64,000 bases of DNA from Candidatus Eremiobacteria bacterium (GTDB lineage: Bacteria > Vulcanimicrobiota > Vulcanimicrobiia > Vulcanimicrobiales > Vulcanimicrobiaceae), in assembly GCA_963737065.1 (NCBI GenBank), contig CAVTRC010000002.1, positions 517,125 to 581,124 of the forward strand. The letters are read 5' to 3'. Positions 29,339 through 40,503 of the stretch are shown here, piece after piece. Under the pieces are notes generated by a model. It saw nothing but the letters and a program-made list of their open reading frames with translations. It made no database searches and was not told where the DNA came from. Every line of letters begins with the position of its first letter. Positions within the stretch are counted from its first letter, which is position 1. The position numbers and the translations under genes are program-made.

Positions 29339-31962
29339 GCCGTCTCTCCCATTGCGGCGAGCGCCGCCTCAACACGCTGCAACTCCGAGCGATATGCTTC
29401 GAGCTTCTCTCGCTCCTTCGCAACGACTTCCGCGGCAGCCTTGGCGGTGAATTGCACGTTACCGAGCTTCTTCTCGCCACGCTCGACCTCGGAGCGCAGA
29501 CGCGTCATATCCTTGCGATAACGCTCGATCAGCACGCCCTTGGGCGCGCGTCCTTCGACCGCGGCGAGCGCCTCATGCACGTCGGTGCCGGCGTCGGGAA
29601 TCCACTCGATGTCCCCTGCGGTCAGTAGCGCGAGCAGACTTGCGATCTCTTCACCGACGTTGCGCGGAACGGCAAGCGTAAGCGGGGCGCGAGGCGCGAG
29701 GCGAACCTCCGAACGAAGATTGCGGATGCGTTCGACCGTCTCTTGCAGCGACGCGAAATGCCGCGCCGCAGTCTCATCGACGGGTACTTCAAGGCGATCG
29801 GGCCAGGCCGCGGTCATGATGCTTGCGCCGTCATGCGGAAGCGCGAGCCATACTTCTTCGCTGATGAACGGTGCAATCGGATGCAGCAAACGCATCGCAT
29901 TGTTCCAGACGAACGAGAGCACGAACGCGCGCGTCGCGGCGTTGTCCTCCGCTTTCGTCGCCTCCAAATACCAATCACAGAACTCGTACCAGATGAAGCG
30001 CCACAACGTTTCGGCGGCCCCGCCGAAATCGAAGCGGTCGAACGCGTCGCTCACGGCGGCGATCGTTTCATGCAAACGCGTCAGAATCCAGCGGTCGGCG
30101 AGCGCGAGCGAATCGCTTTTCGGAAGCGTCATCGCAGACGGCAGACCTTCGGGAAGCGAGAGGATGTAGCGCGTGGCGTTCCAGATCTTATTATTGAAGT
30201 TGCGCGCCTCTTCGCAGCGTGACTCTTGGAAGCGTATCTCCTGGCCTTCCAAGCGCATCTGTCGTAACACGCCCATGCGGAACGCATCGGCACCGTAGCG
30301 GTCGACGAGATCCATCGGATCGATTGCATTCCCGAGCGACTTCGACATCTTGCGGCCTTGCGCGTCGAAGACGAGCGGCGCAATGAACACGGTCGGGAAC
30401 GGAATATCGCCGATGAAGTGAATGCCGAGCATCACCATGCGCGCGACCCAGAGAAAGATGATCTCCCATCCGGTGATCAACACTTGCGCGGGATACCAGC
30501 GTTCCAGTTCCGGCGTCTTCTGCGGCCATCCGAGAATGGAAAACGGCCACAAGCCGCTCGAGAACCAGGTGTCGAGCGTATCGGGATCGCGCGTGAGCTG
30601 CGTCGCGCCGAAGCGGTCGTGCGCCATGCGAAGCGCTTCTTCTTCCGTCTCCGCGACGACGACGTCGCCGTTGCGTGTATACCAGACGGGCAACTGGTGG
30701 CCCCACCACAGTTGGCGCGAGATGTTCCAGTCGCGGATGTTTTCCAGCCACTGTTCGTACGTACGGCCGTAGCGCTCGGGAACGAACGTCAATCGTCCCT
30801 CCCGATATGCGTTGAGTGCCGGTTCCGCGAGCGGCTTCATCTTTACGAACCACTGCAGCGAAAGCAACGGTTCGATCACGTCGCCGGATCGTTCGCTCAC
30901 CGCGACGGCGTTGCGATGCGGTTCTACCGCGACGAGCAATCCGCTTCTTTGCAGCGATTCGACAACCCGTTCGCGCGCTTGTTTGCGACCGAGGCCGGCG
31001 TACTCGCCGACATCGATGTCGTCGCCGCTGATGTTGGCGTCGAAGTCCATGATCGACGGCATGGGGAGGTCGTGGCGCAACCCGATCTCGTAGTCGGTGG
31101 CGTCGTGTGCCGGCGTCACTTTCACCGCGCCCGTGCCGAACGCCATGTCGACGGCATCGTCGGCAATAATGGGAATTTCCCGTTGCAGTAACGGCGGCGC
31201 AAGCACGGTTTTTCCGATCAGGCTCGCGTACCGCTCATCGTCCGGATGGACGGCAATTGCAACGTCGGCGAGCATCGTCTCGGGACGCGTCGTTGCGATC
31301 TCGATCGAATACGAACCGTCTTTTGACGGGTAGCGCACGTGCCACAGAAATGAATCTTGTTCGACGTGGTCAACCTCAGCGTCCGAGACGGTTGTTTTAC
31401 CCTTGGGATCCCAGTTGATCAATCGCTTTCCGCGGTAGATCAATCCCTCGCGATAGAGCGAGACGAAGACTTTTCGGACGGCGGCCGAGAGCTGCTCGTC
31501 CATCGTAAAGCGCTCGCGCTGCCAGTCGGGACCGAACCCGAGCTTGCGAAACTGCTCGTTGATCGTGCCGCCATACTCGTCCGACCACCGCCAAGCCCGG
31601 TCGATGAACCGCTCGCGCCCAAGCCTCTCGCGTGAAGTGTCTTCCTTTTGCAACTCGCGGACCAGCACGGCCTCCGTTGCGATCGCCGCGTGGTCCAACC
31701 CCGGCAACCAGTCCGCATTGTCGCCCAGCATCCGGTGATACCGTGTCAGCACATCCTGCGGCGTGTATGTCGAGCCGTGACCTAAGTGCGCCCTGCCGGT
31801 AACGTTCGGCGGCGGCATCGGGATGATGAACGGCGGCCGAGCCGGATCCGGTTCCTCATGGAAGAACCCGCTGCGCTCCCAGTACGCGTAAAGCCGATTC
31901 TCAACAGCTTTTGGATCGTACGTCTTCGGAAAATCGGTCAGCGTTTCGGATCGTGCATCCAT
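29335..31962 (-). CDS. valS: Valine--tRNA ligase
   Basis: PPPNVTG..HLGH, DHAAIAT, ATTRPET, DWNISRQLWWGH, DTWFSS, KMSKS, C-terminal coiled coil. Confidence 0.98.
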   Translation of the reverse strand: MDARSETLTDFPKTYDPKAVENRLYAYWERSGFFHEEPDPARPPFIIPMPPPNVTGRAHLGHGSTYTPQDVLTRYHRMLGDNADWLPGLDHAAIATEAVLVRELQKEDTSRERLGRERFIDRAWRWSDEYGGTINEQFRKLGFGPDWQRERFTMDEQLSAAVRKVFVSLYREGLIYRGKRLINWDPKGKTTVSDAEVDHVEQDSFLWHVRYPSKDGSYSIEIATTRPETMLADVAIAVHPDDERYASLIGKTVLAPPLLQREIPIIADDAVDMAFGTGAVKVTPAHDATDYEIGLRHDLPMPSIMDFDANISGDDIDVGEYAGLGRKQARERVVESLQRSGLLVAVEPHRNAVAVSERSGDVIEPLLSLQWFVKMKPLAEPALNAYREGRLTFVPERYGRTYEQWLENIRDWNISRQLWWGHQLPVWYTRNGDVVVAETEEEALRMAHDRFGATQLTRDPDTLDTWFSSGLWPFSILGWPQKTPELERWYPAQVLITGWEIIFLWVARMVMLGIHFIGDIPFPTVFIAPLVFDAQGRKMSKSLGNAIDPMDLVDRYGADAFRMGVLRQMRLEGQEIRFQESRCEEARNFNNKIWNATRYILSLPEGLPSAMTLPKSDSLALADRWILTRLHETIAAVSDAFDRFDFGGAAETLWRFIWYEFCDWYLEATKAEDNAATRAFVLSFVWNNAMRLLHPIAPFISEEVWLALPHDGASIMTAAWPDRLEVPVDETAARHFASLQETVERIRNLRSEVRLAPRAPLTLAVPRNVGEEIASLLALLTAGDIEWIPDAGTDVHEALAAVEGRAPKGVLIERYRKDMTRLRSEVERGEKKLGNVQFTAKAAAEVVAKEREKLEAYRSELQRVEAALAAMGETA

Positions 31963-32011
31963 GGGAGCGCATGAGTTCCGCGCCCCGCCATGCTGACCCT
32001 AGAGCACGCCG

Positions 32012-32413
32012 CTAAGCGTGGCGGCGGCGTTCTTGTAGGACGGACCGAAGATCTCTGACGATCTGGGGACGGTCGGCGGACTTGTCGAGCACACGATGCG
32101 CGCCCGCCGCTTGAAACGCGCGAATGATCACGTCGCTGTGCGCGGATGAGTACACGATGACGCGCGCGTTTGGGACAAGTACGTGCGTGATACGAACCGC
32201 TTCGAGCGGCTCGTCCAGGAAATCCGTATCGATGAACACGATATCGGGCGCGTCGTCCAGCAAACGGCGAGGCTCGACCGAGTTCGTCGCATAGTCAACG
32301 TGAATACCGGCTTCCGAAAATACATCGAGAAGCGCGGGAACGAAGAGATGCTGCGGTTCGACGAGATGAACCATGTTTACCGCACGAAATTCGAAGAAAG
32401 CATCCCGGCGCAT
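32012..32413 (-). CDS. Stand-alone response-regulator receiver domain
   Basis: VHLVEPQ, PDIVFIDTD phospho-acceptor Asp, VIVYSS, GAHRVLDKS; true start may be ATG at 32374. Confidence 0.75.
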   Translation of the reverse strand: MRRDAFFEFRAVNMVHLVEPQHLFVPALLDVFSEAGIHVDYATNSVEPRRLLDDAPDIVFIDTDFLDEPLEAVRITHVLVPNARVIVYSSAHSDVIIRAFQAAGAHRVLDKSADRPQIVRDLRSVLQERRRHA

Positions 32414-32416
32414 AAA

Positions 32417-33622
32417 TCACGCCGACTCGCGTACGGCTTCCTTGGGTTCAGGAGACTGAGCGAACGAAAACACTCGCGGTACCACGATACGTTCGAGCGC
32501 TTGCAAAACATCGGCCACATCCTCGTCGTTCATCGCCGGATAGAGTGGAAGCGAGAAGATTCTGCGCCAGATCCGCTCGGTATTGGTGAGCGGTCCCGTC
32601 TGATACGATCGGTACCCGCTAAAGAGATGCGTCGGAATGTAGTGTACCGAGGCGCCGATGTTCGCATCGCGCAACGCCTCGATGAGTTCGTCCCGCGAAA
32701 CGCGCGTTACGTGCTCATCGATCAGGACGGCGAACATGCACCAACTGTGACGGTCCCCGGGATTCGACGGTAGCGCTTGCACGGTCAATCCCGGAATTGC
32801 GGCCAGACCGTCGATGTAGCGTTGCGCAATTTCATCGCGCCGTTGCTGCATCGCGTCCAACCGCTTCAGCTGATTGATGCCGATCGCGGCAAGCGGATCG
32901 GCGAGATTGTATTTGAATCCCGGTGCGACAACATCGTATCGCCAGGATCCCGCTGCCGTGTACCGCTTCCACGCGTCGCGATCCATCCCGTGTAAGCCGA
33001 GAACGCGAGCCCGGTCGGCGATTTCGTCGTCGTTCGTAACGAGCATCCCGCCTTCGCACGTCGTGATGTTCTTTGTCGCATAGAAGCTATAGGCCGCAGC
33101 CTCGCTTCTCATTCCAGCCCACTCGCCGCGATCGAGCGTTCCGGCCGCATGAGCCGCGTCTTCAAGGACGCGGATGCCGCGGCCGTGCGCATACTCAACG
33201 ATCTGCGCGATGTCGATTGGCCGGCCGCCATAGGGCATCGCGATGATTACCTTCGTTTTATCGGTGACTACCGCGTCGAGCGTGTCGGTCGTGACGGCGA
33301 ACGTCGAAGGGTCGACGTCGGCAAAGACCGGCGTACCGCCCAACTCGATCGTGCACTGTGCACCCGCAACGAAGGTGAGCGACGGCATTACGACCTCGTC
33401 GCCCGGTCCGACACCCATCGCATTGAGCGCAACGTGCAGCGCGGCGGTGCAACTCGAAAGCGCGACGGCGTGCTTGACGCCGGCGCGTTCGGCAAACGCT
33501 TTTTCGAATTCCCGGACCAGCGGACCGGTCGTCAACCAAGAATTGGTTAGCGCGCCGACCGCGGCCGAAATCTCGTCATCGCTCAAAACCGGCTTACAGT
33601 ACGCAAGGAATGTCGGTCTCAC
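32417..33622 (-). CDS. DegT/DnrJ/EryC1/StrS sugar aminotransferase
   Basis: WLTTGP, SSCTAALH, EDAAHA, YSFYATKNITTCEGG (PLP lysine), SLPLYP; GAGGA RBS. Confidence 0.95.
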   Translation of the reverse strand: MRPTFLAYCKPVLSDDEISAAVGALTNSWLTTGPLVREFEKAFAERAGVKHAVALSSCTAALHVALNAMGVGPGDEVVMPSLTFVAGAQCTIELGGTPVFADVDPSTFAVTTDTLDAVVTDKTKVIIAMPYGGRPIDIAQIVEYAHGRGIRVLEDAAHAAGTLDRGEWAGMRSEAAAYSFYATKNITTCEGGMLVTNDDEIADRARVLGLHGMDRDAWKRYTAAGSWRYDVVAPGFKYNLADPLAAIGINQLKRLDAMQQRRDEIAQRYIDGLAAIPGLTVQALPSNPGDRHSWCMFAVLIDEHVTRVSRDELIEALRDANIGASVHYIPTHLFSGYRSYQTGPLTNTERIWRRIFSLPLYPAMNDEDVADVLQALERIVVPRVFSFAQSPEPKEAVRESA

Positions 33623-34022
33623 CAGGGTTCCTCATACGCATGGTCGCCCGCGCGCGTTATGGCCGCGGTATCTTGCCCTAAATCGTAGCCCAGCAAAATC
33701 GTGCCATGACAGACGCCACCGGCCCAACTCCACTTAGGACCTCTGCAGACCGCGCGGGAGAGGCGGCGCACTGGCAGCGGTCGGCTGGCGAAGTCCGCGC
33801 CGGTGCGTCAGTAGGCCCTTAGCCCTATATTCGAACGGGCCGCACGGCCTACAGCCCGGCCGCACACCGACGCAGTACCCAAAAAACACCCCATTTGGGT
33901 GGTTCCTTTTCCGGAAACATTGGGCATGATAGGCAGACGGCGTGGTTCTATACGAAGCAAAAGAGCTTGAACTGCGTCGTTGTTATGCTCGGTGATCGTT
34001 CAACCCAACGAAAGGGAACTTC

Positions 34023-34661
34023 GTGGTTACTTTGGACACCGTCCGGCTCTACATTATTGAAGGGCAGGTCCTATTTGCAAAAGCGCTCTGCCAGGTATTT
34101 TCCGCAGAGCGCAACATCGATGTCGTCGGCGATGGGCAGAGCATCGACGAGGAGGCCATTTCACGCGCCAAGCCGGACGTCATCGTCCTCGACATGGATG
34201 GCACCAATTCAGCGCTTTCCGAAGCTCTCGAGCGATGCCGCTTCATCGCACCGAACGCGCGCATCTGCGCGCTGACGATGCGCCCGGCTCCCGAGATCAT
34301 GCAGCGATGCCTGGCCGCCGGAGCCGACGCCTACATCATTAAAGACGTAACGCCGATGGAGCTCATTCATGCGGTGAAGCTCGTAGCCGCCGGAGAGACG
34401 TACGTCGATCCTCGCGTGGCCGGCGGTTGGTTGCGGCGTCGCTCGACGAATACGAGACGCACGGATTTGAACGAGCTTTCCGTGCGCGAAACGGAAGTGA
34501 TCCGCCTGATCGCGGAGGGCTTGTCTAACAAAGAGATTAGCGCGCGCTTGAGCCTCTCTGAAAAAACCATCAAGAATCACATCAGCCGGATTTTCTCCAA
34601 GCTGAATATCTACGCGCGTACCCAAGCGGCAGTCCACGCGATCAAGCTCGGCTTACTCTAA
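34023..34661 (+). CDS. NarL/LuxR-family response regulator
   Basis: Receiver (PDVIVLDMD, GADAYIIKD) plus LSVRETEVIRLIAEGLSNKEISARLSLSEKTIKNH HTH. Confidence 0.95.
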   Translation: MVTLDTVRLYIIEGQVLFAKALCQVFSAERNIDVVGDGQSIDEEAISRAKPDVIVLDMDGTNSALSEALERCRFIAPNARICALTMRPAPEIMQRCLAAGADAYIIKDVTPMELIHAVKLVAAGETYVDPRVAGGWLRRRSTNTRRTDLNELSVRETEVIRLIAEGLSNKEISARLSLSEKTIKNHISRIFSKLNIYARTQAAVHAIKLGLL

Positions 34662-34795
34662 CGGACGCGGACAGCACCAGCAACAACGTCGCTCGCTTTG
34701 TCGAGCGTCGTTGTTGTCGTGTTGTACGAAATGCCCGTGCGGGCCGGGATGAACAGGACAGTCAAGCAGCTTAACGCTTTTGCTATGAGTTGAAC

Positions 34796-35346
34796 ATGAA
34801 CGTTTCGCGAAACTCGATCGCTCTCTTGGGTCTTGCCGTGGTGCTGATCGCCGTTACGGCACTGACCGTAGGCCGTCATTCACTTCGCGATCTTGCCTCG
34901 TCGCTCGGCATCCACCAGACCAGGATGGTTCACGAAGGACAGCCGTTGCCCGCGCTGAGCTTTACAAGCGTCGACGGCAACGCTCAAACGCTCGGACCTG
35001 CGACGATTCCCGCTCGCGTAACGGTCATCAACATCTTTACCAGCTGGTGCCCGTCGTGCAAGGAGGAAACGCCGGCCTTCGCCGATGCGGCGCGCGACGC
35101 TACGGCGAAGACGGCGTCGCTGTCATCGGCATCGATCAGGCGGAGCCGGCGTCCGCGGTGACATTGTTTTCGCAAGAGCACGGGCTGACGTATCCGATTC
35201 TGATCGATACGACGCGCGCAAGCACCACCGTGTTGGGTGCGCGCATCATTCCGCAAACGATCGTTGTAAGGAACGGCGTGGTTCGCCACATCGCCGTCGG
35301 CCCGCTCACCGAAGCGCAGATCGTAGCGCTCGCTAGCGAGGAGTAA
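34796..35346 (+). CDS. TlpA/ResA-like thioredoxin-fold protein, one apparent frameshift near 35090
   Basis: TM anchor and INIFTSWCPSCKEETP in one frame; GVAVIGID...LTYPILID...IPQTIVV in another; the shift lies in a CG-dinucleotide run. Confidence 0.8.
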
Positions 35347-35413
35347 TCCGCTAGATCTGATCCCGCATGCGTCGTGCAATGCGCCTTCGGCTCACCAAGA
35401 GCGCAGAGTCGTT

Positions 35414-36450
35414 CTAAGCCGAAATGCGGCCGTAGAGCCCAGCAAGTCGCTCGAACTCGGCGGCGAACGTAAACCGCGGCGCGTCGCTCTTTGGCTAAGC
35501 TGTTCCGTAAACCTTCGTCGGACGCCAACCGGAGCAGCGCGTGGCCATGGGCGCGGCCGCCATTCGCAGTGACAAGCAGCCCGCAGCCGGTCTGCGTAAC
35601 GATTTCCGAAACTCTTCCGATATCGGTCGCGACAACCGGCAACCCGAAGTGCAGATACTCAAATAGCTTGTTCGGTTGACCTCGCGCATTGTTCGGTGTT
35701 GGCGACAGTGGGAGGTATGCGATCGATGCGTGCGCGAGATATCTGCGGCTTCTGCTCGGCGTAGCACGTCGCGCCGGGTTGCTGCGTCATAGCCGGAAAG
35801 AGTAACTTCACCGAGGTACGCGATGGGCCATGCGCAACCACTAGCGCGTAGATATGCGGCCGCCGCAACGATGTCGTGAAACGCCCGGTTACGCATTGCA
35901 CTTCTTCGTATGGAGAATGTACTGCTCATTACCGAATGGATGATTAGTGTTGCGCGCAGCTGCAACTTCGGCGGCATTAATCTGAGTGAAGTTGCGAACC
36001 AAAGCGACACGCTCTTTGCCGACGTAAGAATCATAGCGGTCGCGCATTTCGTCGGAGACGATAACCACGCCCGCGAAACGCGGTAGAATCAGCCGTTCAA
36101 GAATCGCGTAAAATATCGCAGCTGGAGCACGGACAAACTTCGGCACCCACTGATTCTGCAGCACGCGCTCGTAATCGCGGTCATGAATTTGAATAATTGA
36201 GTTTCGCGCGCGGAGCATTAATAGTGTCGCACGCCAAGCACCAACCAAGCGGCGCCGACGTAGACGTTCTCAAGATCCTAGTGGAAGCAGCGTGACACCG
36301 TCGTGCCGTTGCTCGTAATCGACCGTGGTCGCCAACTGCACGTCGTACCCGGCGGATGCCAGCGAACACACCTCGTTATAGAAAATTCGCGTATCGAGTG
36401 CTCGATGGACCGTGGTCACGTAGTATGGGGCGAACGGCCGATGCAATCAT
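35414..36450 (-). pseudogene. Heavily fragmented GT4 glycosyltransferase, paralog of 54905-56042
   Basis: Fragments VTTVHRALDTRIFYNEVCSLASAGYDVQLATT, ERLILPRFAGVV, LVRNF, LPVVATDIGRVSEIV and FTFAAEFERLAGLY match the later GT; many indels. Confidence 0.8.
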
Positions 36451-36593
36451 ATACCAGCCCGGGGCTGTCGACAGAAGAGTGTTTGCCTGCGAGCGATCGA
36501 ACGTCGCAATACGAACGCCATCAGCGGTTCAATCTGAAACGCTAGCTCTTTGAAGCTGCGCCGAGCGAACCGTTGGAATGTCGATATCGTGCC

Positions 36594-38097
36594 CTACCGC
36601 GCTCGCTGAAAGAGCACCTCGCATGCGGTGCGGAAGATCAGCGAAATGTCCATAAAGAACGACCAGTTCTCGACGTAGAAGAGATCGTACGAAAGCTTCT
36701 GACCGACTTCGTTCGCATCGAGTTGTCGCCGCATGTGCATCTGCGCGCAGCCCGTAATGCCGGGACGCACCAAATGGCGTTCATCGTACCGGGGCAGTTG
36801 CCGGCGGAACAATTGCACGAAATGCGGACGTTCGGGACGCGGACCAACGATCGACATTTCTCCCGCTAAGACGTTAAAGATCTGCGGCAATTCATCCAAG
36901 CTCATCGCGCGAATGACTCTGCCGACATAGGTAATGCGATCGTCCTCGCGCGCGAACCCACGTAGGTCCGGTTGCGGCTTCCGCATCGTTGCGCATCGAA
37001 CGGAACTTGAGAATCTCGAACGTTTTGCCGTTACGTCCGACTCGTTCCTGACGGTAGAGCACGGGTCCACGGTCTTCGAGCAAAATCGCGAGCGCCGTCA
37101 GCGCCATGATCGGTGCAAAAGCCACGAGTGCCAAGAGCGCAATAGCAATGTCGAACGTGCGCTTGACCGTGCGAGCGACGAAGGTGCAGGCGCGCAGCGG
37201 AGCGGGAACTACGAGCGCGAGCTGCCCCTCGGTACGCAACGTCAATGAGTACGCATGCGAGACGACTCGCGGCAACGCGAACTCGACATGGAATTCTCCC
37301 GCGGCGGCCGCCATCACGTTCGGCAACAGATGCGGCGGCAGAATTTCGGTGAGGATCAAGCGATTACACCGCCAGCTCCGTGCGCGCGCAAACCAAGCGA
37401 TGTCTTCCAGCGACGGCGCATTGTGCGGGGAGAAATTTTCGAGAGTGCGTTCGATGCTGTCGACGCCGAGCCGCAGGATCTCCGTCCCCTCGGGCAAGTT
37501 CAAGAGCTCGATCGCCTGCGCGATACGCCCAACGGTTCCGACGATCGCGATCCGTAACGGTTTGCGCAGCGCCTCGCGCGCACGCGCGTAGTGAAGTGCA
37601 GCGCGTGAGATGCTGACCAATATCGTTGAAAAGACGAGCGTCAGCACGAGAACCCAGCGCGACGTCTGGATGCCGTGAACGAGCGGAAAGAGCCCGATTT
37701 GCGGAATCATCCCGACAAAGAGCGCGGCAAGCGTGTAATAGAGCTCGTCTTTCGTCGTCAGTGCGGACGAGCTTCGATAGAGGCCGAAATGTTCGAAGGC
37801 GAAGAGCCAAATAACGATGCAGAGGAACGACGTGTGGAAGAACGTTCCGGCTGCCGTTCCGAACGATTCGTTGTGCAGGATCAGCGCGATCGAAAGCGCT
37901 GCGGCCGCTGAAAAACAGAACAGGTCGCTTGCAAAGAGAATCGCTGCCCAACGCCGAGAGAATACTGCCGGTCTGCGAGTCGGCCGGACGGCGCCCATCG
38001 TGCTTGCGGTACCGTCTTGCCCTGCGGTTGCGGAAAACTCGACAGTTCCGTGGAGCGCGCGAACCGGTTCGGTGATCGTTTCTACGGTTTCTACCAT
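36594..38097 (-). CDS. Priming undecaprenyl-phosphate sugar phosphotransferase (WcaJ/CpsE-like), frameshift near 36950
   Basis: N-terminal TMs, KRTFDI, GPVLYRQERVG, KFRSM, then SLDELPQIFNVLAGEMSIVGPRPERP and VRPGITG in another frame. Confidence 0.9.
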
Positions 38098-38327
38098 GAA
38101 GATCTCGCTGATAGCAATGGGGGGTGCCTTCAGTTATTACGGTAGTGTGAATACGGTGAGGCCCCAAGGGGCGGTGGTCCCCTGCGGCATTGCGACGAAT
38201 GCCTAAAAAACACTAGGACCCGCGGCTGCACGACGACCGCCGGCCGGGCGGCGCCCCCGAAGGTCTCTCCGCAAACGGGGACCGACGCCCCAACGAACAG
38301 CCCGCATGGATCGGTAATGTGAGGGTT

Positions 38328-39544
38328 ATGGGACAGTCCGTCACTCGGCGAATCCTCGTCATTACCCATTTCTATCCTCCCGAGACCGGAGCCGCGAGCC
38401 ACCGTGTTGCAGCGTTCGCTCGTGAACTTGCGGACCGCGGGCACGACGTTACCGTCCTGACGACATTTCCGACCTGGCCTACCGGACGCGTCCCGGATCG
38501 CTTCCGCCGGCATCTTTTCGCGACGATGAACGATGGGCCGGTCAAGGTTCGCATGGTTCGCGCTTTCGCATCATCGGACTTCTCCAGGCGGAACCGAATG
38601 CTGACGATGATCACCGCACCGATTGCGTGCTTTATCGCTTTGCTCTTACTTCGCCGTCGATTTCACCTCGTCTGTGTCAGCTCGCCCCCGATCACACTCG
38701 CACCCGTTGCGATGCTCGCGTCGATCCTCAATCGCGCTCCGCTGGTCGCCGACATTCGCGACGTTTGGCCCGAAGTCGCAATCCGCATCGGCGAGTGGAA
38801 AGCGACAGTTTCGTCGCGAAAGCGATAGGAAGAATCGCCGACGCGCTCTATCGGCGCTCGAAGCTCGTCGTTTGCGTGACGGAATCGTGCCGCGAGGCCG
38901 TCATCAAACGCGGCGTGGATCCCGACAAAGTGAAAGTCATAGCCAACGGCTTCGACGTCGTGAAACCCGCGCTGTCCATGTCATACCATCCGCCACGCGA
39001 CAAATTCATTGCATCCTATACGGGCAACCTTGGGTCGGCGATCGGCGCATCCGTCATACTGGAGGCCGCGGTTCGGCTTCGCGACGACGGCCGGTTTCAT
39101 TTTATTCTTGTCGGCGACGGCGCCGAGCGAGACCACATCGCGCAACGTATCGCCCGAGAGTCGTTGACGAACATCTCGATGCTCGGTGCCCTTAGCCGCG
39201 CCGAGACTTTCGCGATTCAGGAGCTCTCCGACGTATGTATCGTGCCGTTGCGGCGCGGCGTCGAGGACAGCCTCCCGACGAAGATGCTCGACGCGATGGC
39301 GCTACGCCGCGCCGTCATCGTCTGCGCGGATGGTGAAGCGCGCCGCTTCGTCGAGCAATCGGGAGGCGGCGTTGCCGTTGCTCCGGAGGACCCTGAAGCG
39401 CTCATCGCCGCGCTCACGCGATTCCACGCCGACAAGCAGCTTCTCGGCGATTGCGGCGAGCGAGGATACAATTACGTTCGCGAACGTTACGATCGCAGCG
39501 CGCTCGCCAAACACATGGGCAATTACGTTTGCGCGTTCGTTTAG
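38328..39544 (+). CDS. GT4 glycosyltransferase (WcaI/WbuB-like), frameshift near 38800
   Basis: ITHFYPPETGAAS, TTFPTWP, SSPP, DIRDVWPE, then YTGNLG, VGDGAE, LPTKMLDAMA; the shift is in an A run (GGAAAGCG). Confidence 0.88.
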
Positions 39545-39561
39545 CGTAAGAGCGCTTCGCG

Positions 39562-40503
39562 TCAGGAACGAATCGGCCAATGCACCAATTCGCTCTTCGT
39601 CTTTCGGACGCGAAAAACTAAGAGCAGCGCGTAGGGCAGGTACATCCAACCATACGGGGACTCGAGCGCGTTTTTCTTCAGCAGCTGCCATGCGCGCGCC
39701 ATGTCCCCGCGAACGCGATTATAGGCGGCAGCGCGAAAATACGCCTTCGCGCGCGCGAGCTTGATCGGGCGCACGTACTTACGATGCTTCGTCCAACGCA
39801 GCATGTCGGCAAACACATCGGGGATCGTTTCTACGTACGATCTGAGCTTCGATTGAGAGTCCGCCGTGTCGTTGATGCGGTACGTCCAGGAATCGATGAA
39901 CCGCACGTTACGCTCCATCGCGATACGAAAAGCGACCAGCGTCCATTCGCAATGCGGCGTCAGCGCCTCAAAGTACAACGGACCGATGCTGGCGCTTCGA
40001 AAGACCGCACCGCACGAAGCCATCCAGTTCTTACGCTGCAGGACCGACATGCAATAGTCGCGCTCGAAATGCTTCGTATCGGTAAACACGGCGCGAATTC
40101 CGTCCGTTGTCACGTATTCGCCGTTGGTTGCGATGCAATCGAGCGATGGATCCGCAAGTAACTCCTCGACACGTCGCGCGAGCGAATCCTCGTAGAGCTC
40201 GTCGTCGTCGTCGAGAAACGCGAAGAACTCCCCGGTAACCAGCAGTCGTCCGCGCAGCGTGGCCTCGGCCTTGGCTGCTTTTGGAAGAGCGTCCCAAACG
40301 ATTCGCGGATCGTCGCGCAACCAGGTCAAGACTTCCGGATCGTACGCGTTATTGCTATTGAGCACGACGATCGGCTCGACTTCGACGCCGCGCTGCGCCA
40401 GGATGCTGTCGAGCGCGCGCCGCAGCATATCCTTGCGTTCGCTGCTCGCGCGGGTTCTCACAATGACCGAGACGCGCGGGACGACCTCGCGCAACTGGTT
40501 CAT
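39562..40503 (-). CDS. GT2 glycosyltransferase
   Basis: RVSVIVRT, LRRALDSILAQ, GEFFAFLDDDD. Confidence 0.9.
   Translation of the reverse strand: MNQLREVVPRVSVIVRTRASSERKDMLRRALDSILAQRGVEVEPIVVLNSNNAYDPEVLTWLRDDPRIVWDALPKAAKAEATLRGRLLVTGEFFAFLDDDDELYEDSLARRVEELLADPSLDCIATNGEYVTTDGIRAVFTDTKHFERDYCMSVLQRKNWMASCGAVFRSASIGPLYFEALTPHCEWTLVAFRIAMERNVRFIDSWTYRINDTADSQSKLRSYVETIPDVFADMLRWTKHRKYVRPIKLARAKAYFRAAAYNRVRGDMARAWQLLKKNALESPYGWMYLPYALLLVFRVRKTKSELVHWPIRS

Noticed and set aside
31963..32011. T-box leader for valS
   Set aside because: The gap is only about 50 bp and has no T-box sequence
35080..35105. Programmed frameshift or phase variation in the TlpA-like gene
   Set aside because: No slippery heptamer or long tract; same indel type is scattered across the region, so sequencing error is more likely
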